Origin: Acidimicrobiia bacterium
Lineage (GTDB): Bacteria > Actinomycetota > Acidimicrobiia > Spongiisociales > ZC4RG35
Length of the DNA: 64,000 bases
Assembly (NCBI GenBank): GCA_965215185.1
Contig: OZ244034.1
Location: 1,152,001 to 1,216,000, forward strand
Direction: 5' to 3'
Numbering within the stretch: position 1 is the stretch's first letter; every line of letters starts with the position of its first letter. This document shows, one piece after another, positions 48,198 through 57,598 of the stretch. The translations under genes were made by a program, and so were the position numbers. The notes under the pieces were generated by a model. That model was not told where the DNA came from. It saw only the letters and a list, made by a program, of their open reading frames with translations, and did not search any database.

Positions 48198-49148
48198 CTA
48201 AGCTGACCACACCCTCTTGAATAGATCAATCCAGTTATGACCGAGAATGCCCGCCATGGCATCGCAGGGATAGCCCCGTTTGATGAGCTCATTGGTGATG
48301 TTGGGAATCTGAGCAGGTGTCTCCAGACCGATCGGATAAGTGCCTGAATCGTCGGGATAGTCCTCGATGCTCCACTCGCCTGAAGCGATCATCTCTGCAT
48401 GGACCGCCGGGCTGGTTTCGCAGAAATCCAGCCCCAACCCGACCTGGTGAGGTCCGATCAGGTCGACCAGGTAGTCGATGTGATCCACCAGGTCGGCCGC
48501 TGTAGCGCCTTTGCCTCCCTGTTTGAGGAAGGCCGGATAGGCGTTGACCCCCACCAATCCGCCCAAGTCCGCCACCGCCCTGATCTGCTCGTCGTCTATA
48601 TTGCGGCGATTGGCACAGAGCGCCAGTGGGTTGGAGTGCGAAAAGACCGGAGGGGAGGACGAGACCCGCATGGCGTCCATGGTGGTGCGCCGACCGGTGT
48701 GGGACAGATCCACCACCATACCAAGACGGTTCATCTCCCCAATGACCTCCCGGCCGAACGAGGTGAGGGGGCCATCACCGGGTTCCAGACACCCGTCTCC
48801 CACCAGGTTGGTCCGGTTGTAGCAGATCTGGACCATCCGCAGGCCCTGGCGGTAGAACCGCTCGTAGTTAGCCAGGTCGTCGCCTAGCGGGAGGGTGTTC
48901 TGGAAGTGGATGATCACACCCAGCTTCCCGGCCACGGGGAACTGGTCGAAGTCCGAAGGCTCATCGATTCCGATCAGGCGGTCGTCCTCGGTCAACCACC
49001 GGTCCCACTGGTCAAGCAAATCCTGGGTCTCGGCAGGAGTCTCCCAGTTGGCCGCGGTGGGCACCGCGATATCCACCTCTCCCTCGATCCAACTGTCCCA
49101 AGAGTCGGGGTCGGTCATCAAGGGGCAGACCCCGTCAACAACAGTCAT
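48198..49148 (-). CDS. Membrane dipeptidase (peptidase M19) family protein
   Basis: MNRLGMVVDLSH, FSHSN, RNIDDEQI, GLGLDF, LGHNW. Confidence 0.9.
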   Translation of the reverse strand: MTVVDGVCPLMTDPDSWDSWIEGEVDIAVPTAANWETPAETQDLLDQWDRWLTEDDRLIGIDEPSDFDQFPVAGKLGVIIHFQNTLPLGDDLANYERFYRQGLRMVQICYNRTNLVGDGCLEPGDGPLTSFGREVIGEMNRLGMVVDLSHTGRRTTMDAMRVSSSPPVFSHSNPLALCANRRNIDDEQIRAVADLGGLVGVNAYPAFLKQGGKGATAADLVDHIDYLVDLIGPHQVGLGLDFCETSPAVHAEMIASGEWSIEDYPDDSGTYPIGLETPAQIPNITNELIKRGYPCDAMAGILGHNWIDLFKRVWSA

Positions 49149-49169
49149 AGCTGTCCCTCAGATTACCTG

Positions 49170-51532
49170 TTAGGGAAGTCTGAAAACACTGAGCCCCGAG
49201 CGGCGGCTGGAATATAAGGATATTGTCAGATCAGCCAGAGAGGCACCGGACTGGGAAGCAAAGGTAGCCAAGCTTTCCTCGAACTCCCCGATACCGACCT
49301 CCTCACCCCCGACGAAGAACCGGTCGTTGGTCTGATCGTAACTCCAGAGAGTAAAGCAAGTACGGAATTCGTTTCGATCTGGATAGACAGCTACGGGGGG
49401 ATATTCAACGTCTGCAGGACCGGTTAGAACACATGCTGTCGGCTTGTCTCCATCGTCAGTGGCTTCCTCGACGATCCACACCACCACTTCATCCTCTGCA
49501 TACCTGACTTCGAGGGGTCGTCCAAGAGACCCGTCATCACCTGTATCACATTGGAGTCACTAAAGATGCTAGGCTTCAGCACCACCAAGAACCCTTCGTC
49601 GTTTTTAGCTGGGGTATTTCTGCAGTCAATACGCTGCTCGTGTATCGCCCACGACTGAACGTCATGGTTTCGGGAGGGTCAGCCCCCGAGGTTACGCTTC
49701 AGACCTTCAGTGGTCACTACTTCCCGCTCCGTTGCCGTCAATGTTTGCAACACTGTACAACTCGTAAGCCAATTGACCTTTGAGGGTCGTCCCTTCCCTC
49801 CCGGTACGGCTGTCCGCAGTGCTGGAAACAGAATCGCCGTATTGGTCGTACAGGCCATACTCAACCGGGATACTGACTCTGAAACTGCTGGACTTCCGGA
49901 CATACAGGTCGAACTGGGGCCGGGCGCTCATCAGCACGGGTGGTCCATCGGTCCAGGCGATCTCGATCGTCACCGGCTCGCAATCCTGGCAATCGGGGTC
50001 GAAAGTAACTACGTCGAGCCGGTGATCCCGGCGAGGGGCGTCGAGTTCGAACACCGCCTCTCCATCGCATCGGTAACCACCGTCTCGTCGTCTTGATCAT
50101 CGTCTGGAAGCAGGTCATAGGACGGAGCTGGTTCATCGTCGGTCATTCACTTCACTTGCGAACAGCAAGATGTCGTCGCTGTCGACCTGAACCTCTATCT
50201 CCACACCCTCTCCAAGGCCTGCTGCTCGTCATCCAGTAGCTGGATCGTGAACTCAATCGAATCGATATCAAGATCGACAATGTATATTTCGTCATCCATT
50301 CTGAACGCATTGGCGGGAATGTCTCGGTCGTCCCACGTCACGCTGATACTGTCGGCACCCTTCGCCGAATGCGCCTCCGCCTTCGAAAAGTTCACCGTGT
50401 CCTCGTCGAATTCGTCTCCGTCCGTGCGACCCACCCAGGCGTAGAAGGTCATCGTCTCTCCGGGCGTAGCTTCGATCCTGTCGTTGAAGATGTTCCCGTC
50501 CTGATCGGTTTCATCATCATCGTCTTCGTCCCACACGCAATCAGCATCACTAGGTTCAATGAAGTCCTCGTCACACTCACCCCTGTCCAGACCGCCGTCG
50601 GGATCGTCGGTGTAGAACCAATCCACTGGCTGGTCCTCAACTGGAGCAAAGCTCGAGTCTCGAACCGAGATCATCATGTCGATGTCGAAGTTGTCCAAGC
50701 CGGAGGTGGGTGACAATTGCACCACCACCCCCGCGGGACGCAGATTGGAGTGATCCAGAATCGCGGCCATGAACTCCGCCATAACCGCTCGGGACATATC
50801 CTCACGCGGGCTGTAGAACCTGTCGGAGCCCAAGTAGCCGCTCGCTATCCCCAGTTCATAAAGATGGGTAACGGCGTCGAATACCATGACAGATTCATCC
50901 TCCAGGTCCCTGAACGGAGACTCCACATCGACGTTGTTGATGTTGTCGTCAACATCATCGGGGATGTACCCGTATTCAGTTGAGCCGTCTGTTAGCGGAT
51001 CCATGAGGTCCATCAGCCGCTGGAGAAACAGCGCCATCTCACCACGGCTGACATGGCGGGCCGGGGCGTAGGTTGTGAGGGTCGCCCCTTGAGTTATCCC
51101 TAACAGAGCCAACTGGCTGATGGCGTCCCGGGACCCTTGTGACAAATCGGCCACATCCGTAAAAGAAGTGGTGCTGCGGGGGGCGGGAACCCGTATCCCC
51201 ACCCGTTTGGCCAGCCTGATCAGAAAGAGTGCCATGTGCTCGCGGATCACCGGGTCATCGGGTGAATATGTGGTGGCTGAAGTGCCCTTGGTGATTCCGT
51301 AGTAGGCGATGCAGTCGATGTCACCGGCGTTGTCATGGCGGGCCGAGACATCGGAGAAGTCGGCGTCGGGGATGACATCTTCGGGGCAGGCTTCGAAGGT
51401 GGCCAGGTAGTCGGGCGCCGGGTCGGCCGCTTTGATGGGAGGGGGGGCTATCGCAAACAGGCTGACCAGCAGGGAGATGCCGGCCAGCAATCCGACCGAC
51501 CGAGAGAACGGTCTGGATGAGTGAGTTGCCAT
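49170..51532 (-). pseudogene. Frameshifted paralog of the 45834-48131 SLH protein
   Basis: Fragments 50195-51532, 49707-50054 and 49170-49487 align collinearly with the intact paralog (ADPAPDY, IAW(S/T)DG, DQYG, VWIV, FTLWSY). Indels may be real or assembly errors. Confidence 0.75.
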
Positions 51533-51791
51533 GAAACACCGTCGATTCTTTTGCGAGATGCCCAGCGCCCGCCCAGGCACCTACCTATTCCTTAACTTGT
51601 CCGAAATTATAGGCATGGGCAGAAACAACCGTGGTCTTAACCCCCCGTCTGAATGCCCCCGGTCGGCAAGGCCATGTTAGGATACCGTCGGGTAGGGCTT
51701 CATAAAGGCGGGCTGGCCTGGCAGGCTATCTCGACTGATGGCCGTACCAAGCAACCCGAATCAAACCAAACCCCAAGAAAAGGAAGGAAAG

Positions 51792-53735
51792 ATGAACAAA
51801 TTTCGCGTATGGATAACCATGTTCTTAGCTCTGGCGCTGATCGCCGCGGCCTGTGGCGGGGATGACGGCGACACCGCCCCCGCTACGCCGGTAACCACTG
51901 CCGCAGCTGGGACCTCGGACACCACCGCCGCCATGGACGACGACACCATGGACGACGAAGACACCACCGAAGACACCACCGCCGCCATGGACGACGACAC
52001 CATGGACGACGAAGACACCACCGAAGACACCATGCCCATAGAAGAGGATGAGGTGACCACCACCGCGGCGGTGACCGGCGAGGACCTCGCCGGCGGCGCA
52101 GGAGTCTGCGCTCCCCCATCGGAGGCTGCGCCTCCGCGAGGCGTGGAGCCGGTCGATGGGTTGACCATCATCAAGGCCTACTCAGGCGATGTCCCCAATA
52201 TTGACCCCAGACTCAACTTCGAAGCTCGGGGATCAGAGTTGGCGGCAAACATGTATGACCAGCTCATCACCTTCCACTTCGACGAGAACGCAGACGGAGT
52301 GCTGATTGCTGATTCCACCCGTCCCCAAGGATTGCTGGCAGAAAGTTGGGAGTTCGACAACGAGTGCACCTCGGTGACCTTCACCCTGCGTCAGGGCGTG
52401 AAATTCAATCATTCCGGGAATGAGATGACGGCCACAGACGTGAAGTGGAGTTTCCGGAGAGCAGCCTTGCACCAGGACAGGGTAGGCGGCTGGTTCGATC
52501 ATGCGGTCATAGCCCTATATGACTACGGTGACGAAGAAAGCATTGATGATGTGATCACCGTCATCGACGACTACACCATCCGCTTTGATTTCCTTTACCC
52601 CACCCCGTTCCCCCTGCATGTGCTCTCCAACGCCGGCGTCACTGTTTACGACTCCAGGATCCTAAGCACGAAGGGCACCACCGACGACCCATGGGCGAGG
52701 GGCTTCCTGCAGACCACCGACACGGGCACCGGGCCCTTCTATCTGGAATCCATAGAACCAGGTGTTCAGGTCACGCTCAGGCGCAACGAGGACTACTTCC
52801 TCGGGGCCGCCCAAGCGGAGCGGGTCATCCTGCGGGTGATTCCCGACAAGTCACAGCAGGCCACCCTGCTGGCCGCCGGTGAGATCGACTTCGCTGAGGC
52901 AGTCCCTGTCACAGCTATTCCCGAGCTTGTGGCTCAGGGCGTGAAAGTCACCACGGTGGGAGGCAACAACCAGGCGGTCATGTACATGAACCCCACCAGG
53001 CCCCCATTTGACGATGTGCGCGTCCGCCAGGCGATCTCCTATTCCTTTCCCTACGACGACATCCTGGAAGGCGTTTATTTCGGTGCCGCCAGCCGAGGCA
53101 CGGGGCCGATTCCCTCGACCACTCCGACCTTCAATCCTGATGGTTCGTTCTACAGTTACGACTTGGACAAAGCCCGTGAGTTGCTGGCTGCGTCGGCATA
53201 TCCTGATGGTTTCAGCACCCAGCTATACATAGACAGCACACTGGATTTCGCTCCCGAGTTGGCTATTGTGGTGCAGGCTTCTCTCGCCCAGATTGGGATT
53301 GACGTCGAGATCGTCAGGCTCAGTTCAGGCGACTTCCAAGAAAACGTGTTCAACGAGGACCCCACGAAGACAGACGCCATGGAAGCAAGGATCAACCCGA
53401 TGGACTTCTTCCTGTTCTACTTCGGGTCCGGTTCGTGGGTGAACGAGCCCCAGTACCACATGGAACTGTTCTGGGAACGGGATGCCTACGCTATGCGGAG
53501 CAACTATGAGAACACAGTGGTAACCGAGAAGTTGGAAGCTGCCAAGCTCTTGAGTCCGGCCGAGCCGGCGAGGACACAGCTCTATCACGACGTGCAGGCC
53601 TTGATGCTGGTCGACGCTCCCGCCGTGTGGCTGGCCGAACCTCATCTGATCGTGGCTTCCTCGACAGCCATTCAGGGGTTCATGTGGCGACCCGACCAAA
53701 TCAACCGTTACTACTACGTGACCAAGTCATCCTGA
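51792..53735 (+). CDS. ABC transporter substrate-binding lipoprotein (family 5, peptide/nickel type)
   Basis: Lipobox IAAAC, acidic linker, GLLAESW, TLRQGVKF, GTGPF, PFDDVRVRQAI. Confidence 0.93.
   Translation: MNKFRVWITMFLALALIAAACGGDDGDTAPATPVTTAAAGTSDTTAAMDDDTMDDEDTTEDTTAAMDDDTMDDEDTTEDTMPIEEDEVTTTAAVTGEDLAGGAGVCAPPSEAAPPRGVEPVDGLTIIKAYSGDVPNIDPRLNFEARGSELAANMYDQLITFHFDENADGVLIADSTRPQGLLAESWEFDNECTSVTFTLRQGVKFNHSGNEMTATDVKWSFRRAALHQDRVGGWFDHAVIALYDYGDEESIDDVITVIDDYTIRFDFLYPTPFPLHVLSNAGVTVYDSRILSTKGTTDDPWARGFLQTTDTGTGPFYLESIEPGVQVTLRRNEDYFLGAAQAERVILRVIPDKSQQATLLAAGEIDFAEAVPVTAIPELVAQGVKVTTVGGNNQAVMYMNPTRPPFDDVRVRQAISYSFPYDDILEGVYFGAASRGTGPIPSTTPTFNPDGSFYSYDLDKARELLAASAYPDGFSTQLYIDSTLDFAPELAIVVQASLAQIGIDVEIVRLSSGDFQENVFNEDPTKTDAMEARINPMDFFLFYFGSGSWVNEPQYHMELFWERDAYAMRSNYENTVVTEKLEAAKLLSPAEPARTQLYHDVQALMLVDAPAVWLAEPHLIVASSTAIQGFMWRPDQINRYYYVTKSS
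51918..52032. repeat. Perfect 54-bp tandem repeat (DTTAAMDDDTMDDEDTTE x2) in the lipoprotein linker
   Basis: 51918-51971 is identical to 51972-52025, followed by a 7-bp partial copy. Confidence 0.9.
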
Positions 53736-53762
53736 TCATCCGGTAGTACTTTGAGAAAAGCT

Positions 53763-53808
53763 GGACAAGCCGCCGTGTCAGATCTTCTGGTACGGCGGCT
53801 TGTCCTTT
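53763..53808 (+). terminator. Intra-operonic hairpin after the binding-protein gene (partial terminator or mRNA stabiliser)
   Basis: 14-bp perfect stem GGACAAGCCGCCGT / ACGGCGGCTTGTCC followed by TTT. Confidence 0.7.
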
Positions 53809-53827
53809 CCAGGGCCAGACCACGCTG

Positions 53828-54838
53828 ATGGCCCCATACATAGCACGACGTGTTGTAGCCCTCATCCCGATTCTTATTGGGGTCACCTTGCTTGCTTTCC
53901 TGGTATCGCGAGGATTGCCTGGAGACCCGGCCCGGTTATACGCCGGAATGATGACATCTGAGGGTGAGGTGGAAGCAATCCGAGTTAGTTTGGGGCTGGA
54001 CAAACCTCTCTATCACCAGTACTGGGTTTACATGCAGGGACTGGCCCAAGGTGACCTGGGAGAATCACCGCGCACGGGATTCTCCGTCGCTGAAGACATT
54101 CGTAATCGCCTCCCGGCTACGGTGGAGATCGTGGTCGCCGGCTTGATATTCGCCCTGGTGGTGGCGCTCCCACTGGGGGTGTGGGCCGCAGTACGCAGGG
54201 GTAAGCTGATCGACAGATTCTGCAGGTTCATCTCCACCTTAGGGGTAGCCATCCCCGACTTTTGGGCGGCCCTTATTTTGGTGATGATTTTCTTTGTATT
54301 CCTGGGGTGGGCGCCTCCACCGGTCGGTCGTTTGGATCTCGGTGCAGTCCCTCCTGACGGCCCCACCGGCTTCTACATATTTGATTCCCTGGTGAGGGGG
54401 CAGTGGGAAACCTTCCGAAACGCGGTGGCACACGTCATCCTGCCAATGGTGTCCCTGGGCTTTCCGGCCATGGCCCCTATCCTGCGGCTCACCCGCAACG
54501 CCACACTGTCCGTACTCAACTCTGACTACATCGCTTTTGGAAGAGCCTCAGGTCTACGTGGCGCTCCACTATACCTGAAGTACGTTCTTCGCAACTCCCT
54601 ACCGGGCGCCATAACCATGACCGGCCTAATCTCCGGGTACATGATCGGAGGAGCGGTACTAATCGAAAGAGTCTTCTCTTGGCCGGGAGTGGGTCTGTAT
54701 GCCTTTAACTCCCTGCAAAGGACCGATCATGCCGCTATCCAAGGCGTTGTCCTCCTGTCGGCTTTCACCTATCTACTGGTGTTTCTGGTAGTAGACCTGC
54801 TCCAATCAATTGTCGATCCGCGGGTGAGGTTGAAATGA
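53828..54838 (+). CDS. ABC transporter permease (DppB-like)
   Basis: LPGDPA, LGLDKPL, RLPATVE, ERVFSWPGVG. Confidence 0.93.
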   Translation: MAPYIARRVVALIPILIGVTLLAFLVSRGLPGDPARLYAGMMTSEGEVEAIRVSLGLDKPLYHQYWVYMQGLAQGDLGESPRTGFSVAEDIRNRLPATVEIVVAGLIFALVVALPLGVWAAVRRGKLIDRFCRFISTLGVAIPDFWAALILVMIFFVFLGWAPPPVGRLDLGAVPPDGPTGFYIFDSLVRGQWETFRNAVAHVILPMVSLGFPAMAPILRLTRNATLSVLNSDYIAFGRASGLRGAPLYLKYVLRNSLPGAITMTGLISGYMIGGAVLIERVFSWPGVGLYAFNSLQRTDHAAIQGVVLLSAFTYLLVFLVVDLLQSIVDPRVRLK

Positions 54839-55677
54839 CAGCCAGATCTGCCCAGAGAAGACTAGACAGCCGTCTTGTGGTAGGGATGATTCTGTTCGGC
54901 GGCATGATAGGAGTAGCAATATTTGCGCCACTGATCGCCCGCAACGATCCCTTGGCAATTGACTTCGGAACCCAATTTCTGTCTCCTTCCACCGAGCACT
55001 GGTTCGGTACCGGTAAGTTGGGCTTTGACATCTTCGCCCGGGTCGTCTATGCCACCCGGTACGACCTGGTAATCGCCATTTCGGCGGTGGCGTTCTCCAT
55101 TGTTATTGGCCATCCCATCGGGCTGATCGTCGGGTATGTGGGAGGGCGTGCCGACTCGCTCACCATGAGAGGCCTTGATGTCATTCAGTCCTTCCCGGCT
55201 TTCGTATTGGCAGTGGGAGTGCTGTCGGCGTTAGGTGAAGGCGTGTGGAACCTAATCTTGGTGGTTGGCGTGGTCGGCGTTCCCACCTTCGTTCGGTTGG
55301 TGAGGGCCGAGGTTCGCTCTATTCGTGAGCACTCCTATGTGGAAGCGGGACGGGCGGTGGGCAATTCAAAGCGTCAAATAATGCTTCGCTACATCGCACC
55401 GGGAACGGTCGGCACAATGGCCACCCAAGCGGCGATCAGTTGCGGCTGGGCGATCCTACTCACCGCCGCTCTGGGCTTCATCGGCCTAGGAGTGCCGCTT
55501 CCCGAACCGGAATGGGGAGCGATGATTTCAGAGGGCGTGCAAGAAATGGTGGTGGGCGGTCGCTGGTGGATCTCGGTGTTTCCCGGCATGGCCATCGCTA
55601 TCACGATCTTCTCCCTGAGCCTGATCGGTGAATCGATCGCCGATCTGGTGGAACCCACCCGGAGAAAATCGCGATGA
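54835..55677 (+). CDS. ABC transporter permease (DppC-like)
   Basis: HWFGTG..GFDIFARV, YVEAGRAVG, PEWGAMI. Confidence 0.93.
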   Translation: MTARSAQRRLDSRLVVGMILFGGMIGVAIFAPLIARNDPLAIDFGTQFLSPSTEHWFGTGKLGFDIFARVVYATRYDLVIAISAVAFSIVIGHPIGLIVGYVGGRADSLTMRGLDVIQSFPAFVLAVGVLSALGEGVWNLILVVGVVGVPTFVRLVRAEVRSIREHSYVEAGRAVGNSKRQIMLRYIAPGTVGTMATQAAISCGWAILLTAALGFIGLGVPLPEPEWGAMISEGVQEMVVGGRWWISVFPGMAIAITIFSLSLIGESIADLVEPTRRKSR

Positions 55678-56633
55678 GCGCGCTTTTGGACATCACCGGA
55701 CTCGAGGTGGAAATCAGCGGCCTTCCCATTCTCCGGGGGGTGGATTTGCAGGTCAGACAAGGCGAGATACTGGGTGTGGTTGGCGAAACCGGGGCAGGAA
55801 AGTCAATGACCGCCCGCGCCATCCTCGATCTGCTACCCAGCGGGGCGACGGTCTCCTTCCAGAACTGCACTCTAGATGGACAGGACTTCACGCCCGCGAA
55901 AGCCCGTCAGCAAGCGCGGGGGCACAGAATCGGTTTCGTGCCCCAACATCCCCGGGGAAGTCTCAACCCGGTGTTCCGGGTTGGGACCCAACTCGCAGAC
56001 ACTCTTCGTCGCCTGCGGAACATGGGCCGCAGAGAAGCCAAGAACGAGGCGCTCGCTCTGCTCCACTCGGTTCGGATCTCCGATCCGCAACGGGTTTACC
56101 GGTCCTTTCCACACGAATTATCGGGAGGGATGTGTCAGCGGGTGTGCATCGCCATTGCCTTGGCCGGGGAACCCGAACTGATCATCGCCGATGAACCAAC
56201 CACCGGTCTAGACGTCACCATTCAGGCCGAGATACTAAGACTGTTAGGTGACTTGATTTCAGAACACAATGCGGCAGGGATGCTGATAACCCACGATCTG
56301 GGAGTGGTGGCCGATGTCTGTGATCGGGTGGCGGTTATGTACGCCGGCCGGGTGATCAACTTGGGCACCACCGCCGAAATTTATCGCCAAGCCCTTCATC
56401 CGTACGCCAATCAACTGGTCTCCATCGCCACCTCTCTCGATTCAGGGGGCACTCCCCAGGAAATCCCCGGACGGGTCCCCAACCCGGGTGAAGACCTCGC
56501 CCCCTGCGCGTTCGCCCCCCGCTGTTTCCGGGCGGAAGCCGACTGCTTCGAGACAGAACCCCCGCTGTTTGGCATGGAGGGACAGCTGGCCTTCTGCCAT
56601 CATCCCGTCGTCGGCGAAACGGTTTCTCCATGA
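55674..56633 (+). CDS. ABC transporter ATP-binding protein (DppD-like)
   Basis: GETGAGKS, LSGGMCQR, ADEPTT, C-terminal Cys cluster. Confidence 0.94.
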   Translation: MSALLDITGLEVEISGLPILRGVDLQVRQGEILGVVGETGAGKSMTARAILDLLPSGATVSFQNCTLDGQDFTPAKARQQARGHRIGFVPQHPRGSLNPVFRVGTQLADTLRRLRNMGRREAKNEALALLHSVRISDPQRVYRSFPHELSGGMCQRVCIAIALAGEPELIIADEPTTGLDVTIQAEILRLLGDLISEHNAAGMLITHDLGVVADVCDRVAVMYAGRVINLGTTAEIYRQALHPYANQLVSIATSLDSGGTPQEIPGRVPNPGEDLAPCAFAPRCFRAEADCFETEPPLFGMEGQLAFCHHPVVGETVSP

Positions 56634-57598
56634 CCGGTACCGTCGACACCCTTCAAGTCCAAGATCTCACCAAGATCTTCAAGATCAAGACCGGCAGCTT
56701 CCAACATGCCGATTTGAAGGCTGTTGACGAGGTCAACATCTCCATCCCTGCCGGCAGAACCCTGGCAGTGGTCGGCGAGTCGGGATCGGGGAAGACCACC
56801 CTGGCCCGCCTGATTCTGCGCCTCCTGGAACCCACCCAAGGAACGGTGCTCTTGGAGAACACCGACATCACCGGGATGGAAGGCGCCAAGTTGGAAGACA
56901 TGCGAGCTCGGATGCAGATCGTCTTTCAGGATCCCTACGACTCGCTTTCACCCTGGCAGACCGTGGGACGGACCGTGGCCGAGCCATTGCTGCTGCACCA
57001 GAATCTGAGCATGCAGCAAGCCATCGAACCGGTGGCCAACATGCTGGAGCGGGTGGGTCTCAGCCCCGAACACGCCCAACGCTACCCCCATGAACTCTCA
57101 GGAGGGCAGGCCCAGCGAGTGGGCATCGCCCGGGCGATGATCACCAACCCCGCCCTGGTGGTGCTGGACGAGCCCACCTCCTCGCTGGACATGTCGGTTC
57201 AATCCCAGATACTGCTTCTGCTCCAGTCACTCCAAGAGGAACTGAACATCTCCTACATGTTCATTTCCCACGACTTGACCGTGGTCCGCTATATCGCCCA
57301 TGACCTGGCTGTCATGTACCTGGGCAAAGTGGTCGAGTCCGGACCGGCCGCCCAGATCTTTGCTTCACCCCGCCATCCCTACACAGAGGCTTTGCTCAAG
57401 GCAGCCCCCCGTCCTGATCCTTCCCACAAAACCGAACATGTTTATCTGGTGGGTGAGCAGCCCTCCGCCCTCGACCGGGCCCCGGGATGCCCCCTGTACG
57501 GAAGGTGCCCCATCGACGAAGATGTGTGCGCCGACATGCCGCAAAGGCTTGTGGAAGTGGAGTTCCGACACAAAGTGGCCTGTTGGAAACGAACCTAG
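56630..57598 (+). CDS. ABC transporter ATP-binding protein (DppF-like)
   Basis: GESGSGKT, LSGGQAQR, LDEPTS, HPYTEALL. Confidence 0.94.
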   Translation: MTGTVDTLQVQDLTKIFKIKTGSFQHADLKAVDEVNISIPAGRTLAVVGESGSGKTTLARLILRLLEPTQGTVLLENTDITGMEGAKLEDMRARMQIVFQDPYDSLSPWQTVGRTVAEPLLLHQNLSMQQAIEPVANMLERVGLSPEHAQRYPHELSGGQAQRVGIARAMITNPALVVLDEPTSSLDMSVQSQILLLLQSLQEELNISYMFISHDLTVVRYIAHDLAVMYLGKVVESGPAAQIFASPRHPYTEALLKAAPRPDPSHKTEHVYLVGEQPSALDRAPGCPLYGRCPIDEDVCADMPQRLVEVEFRHKVACWKRT

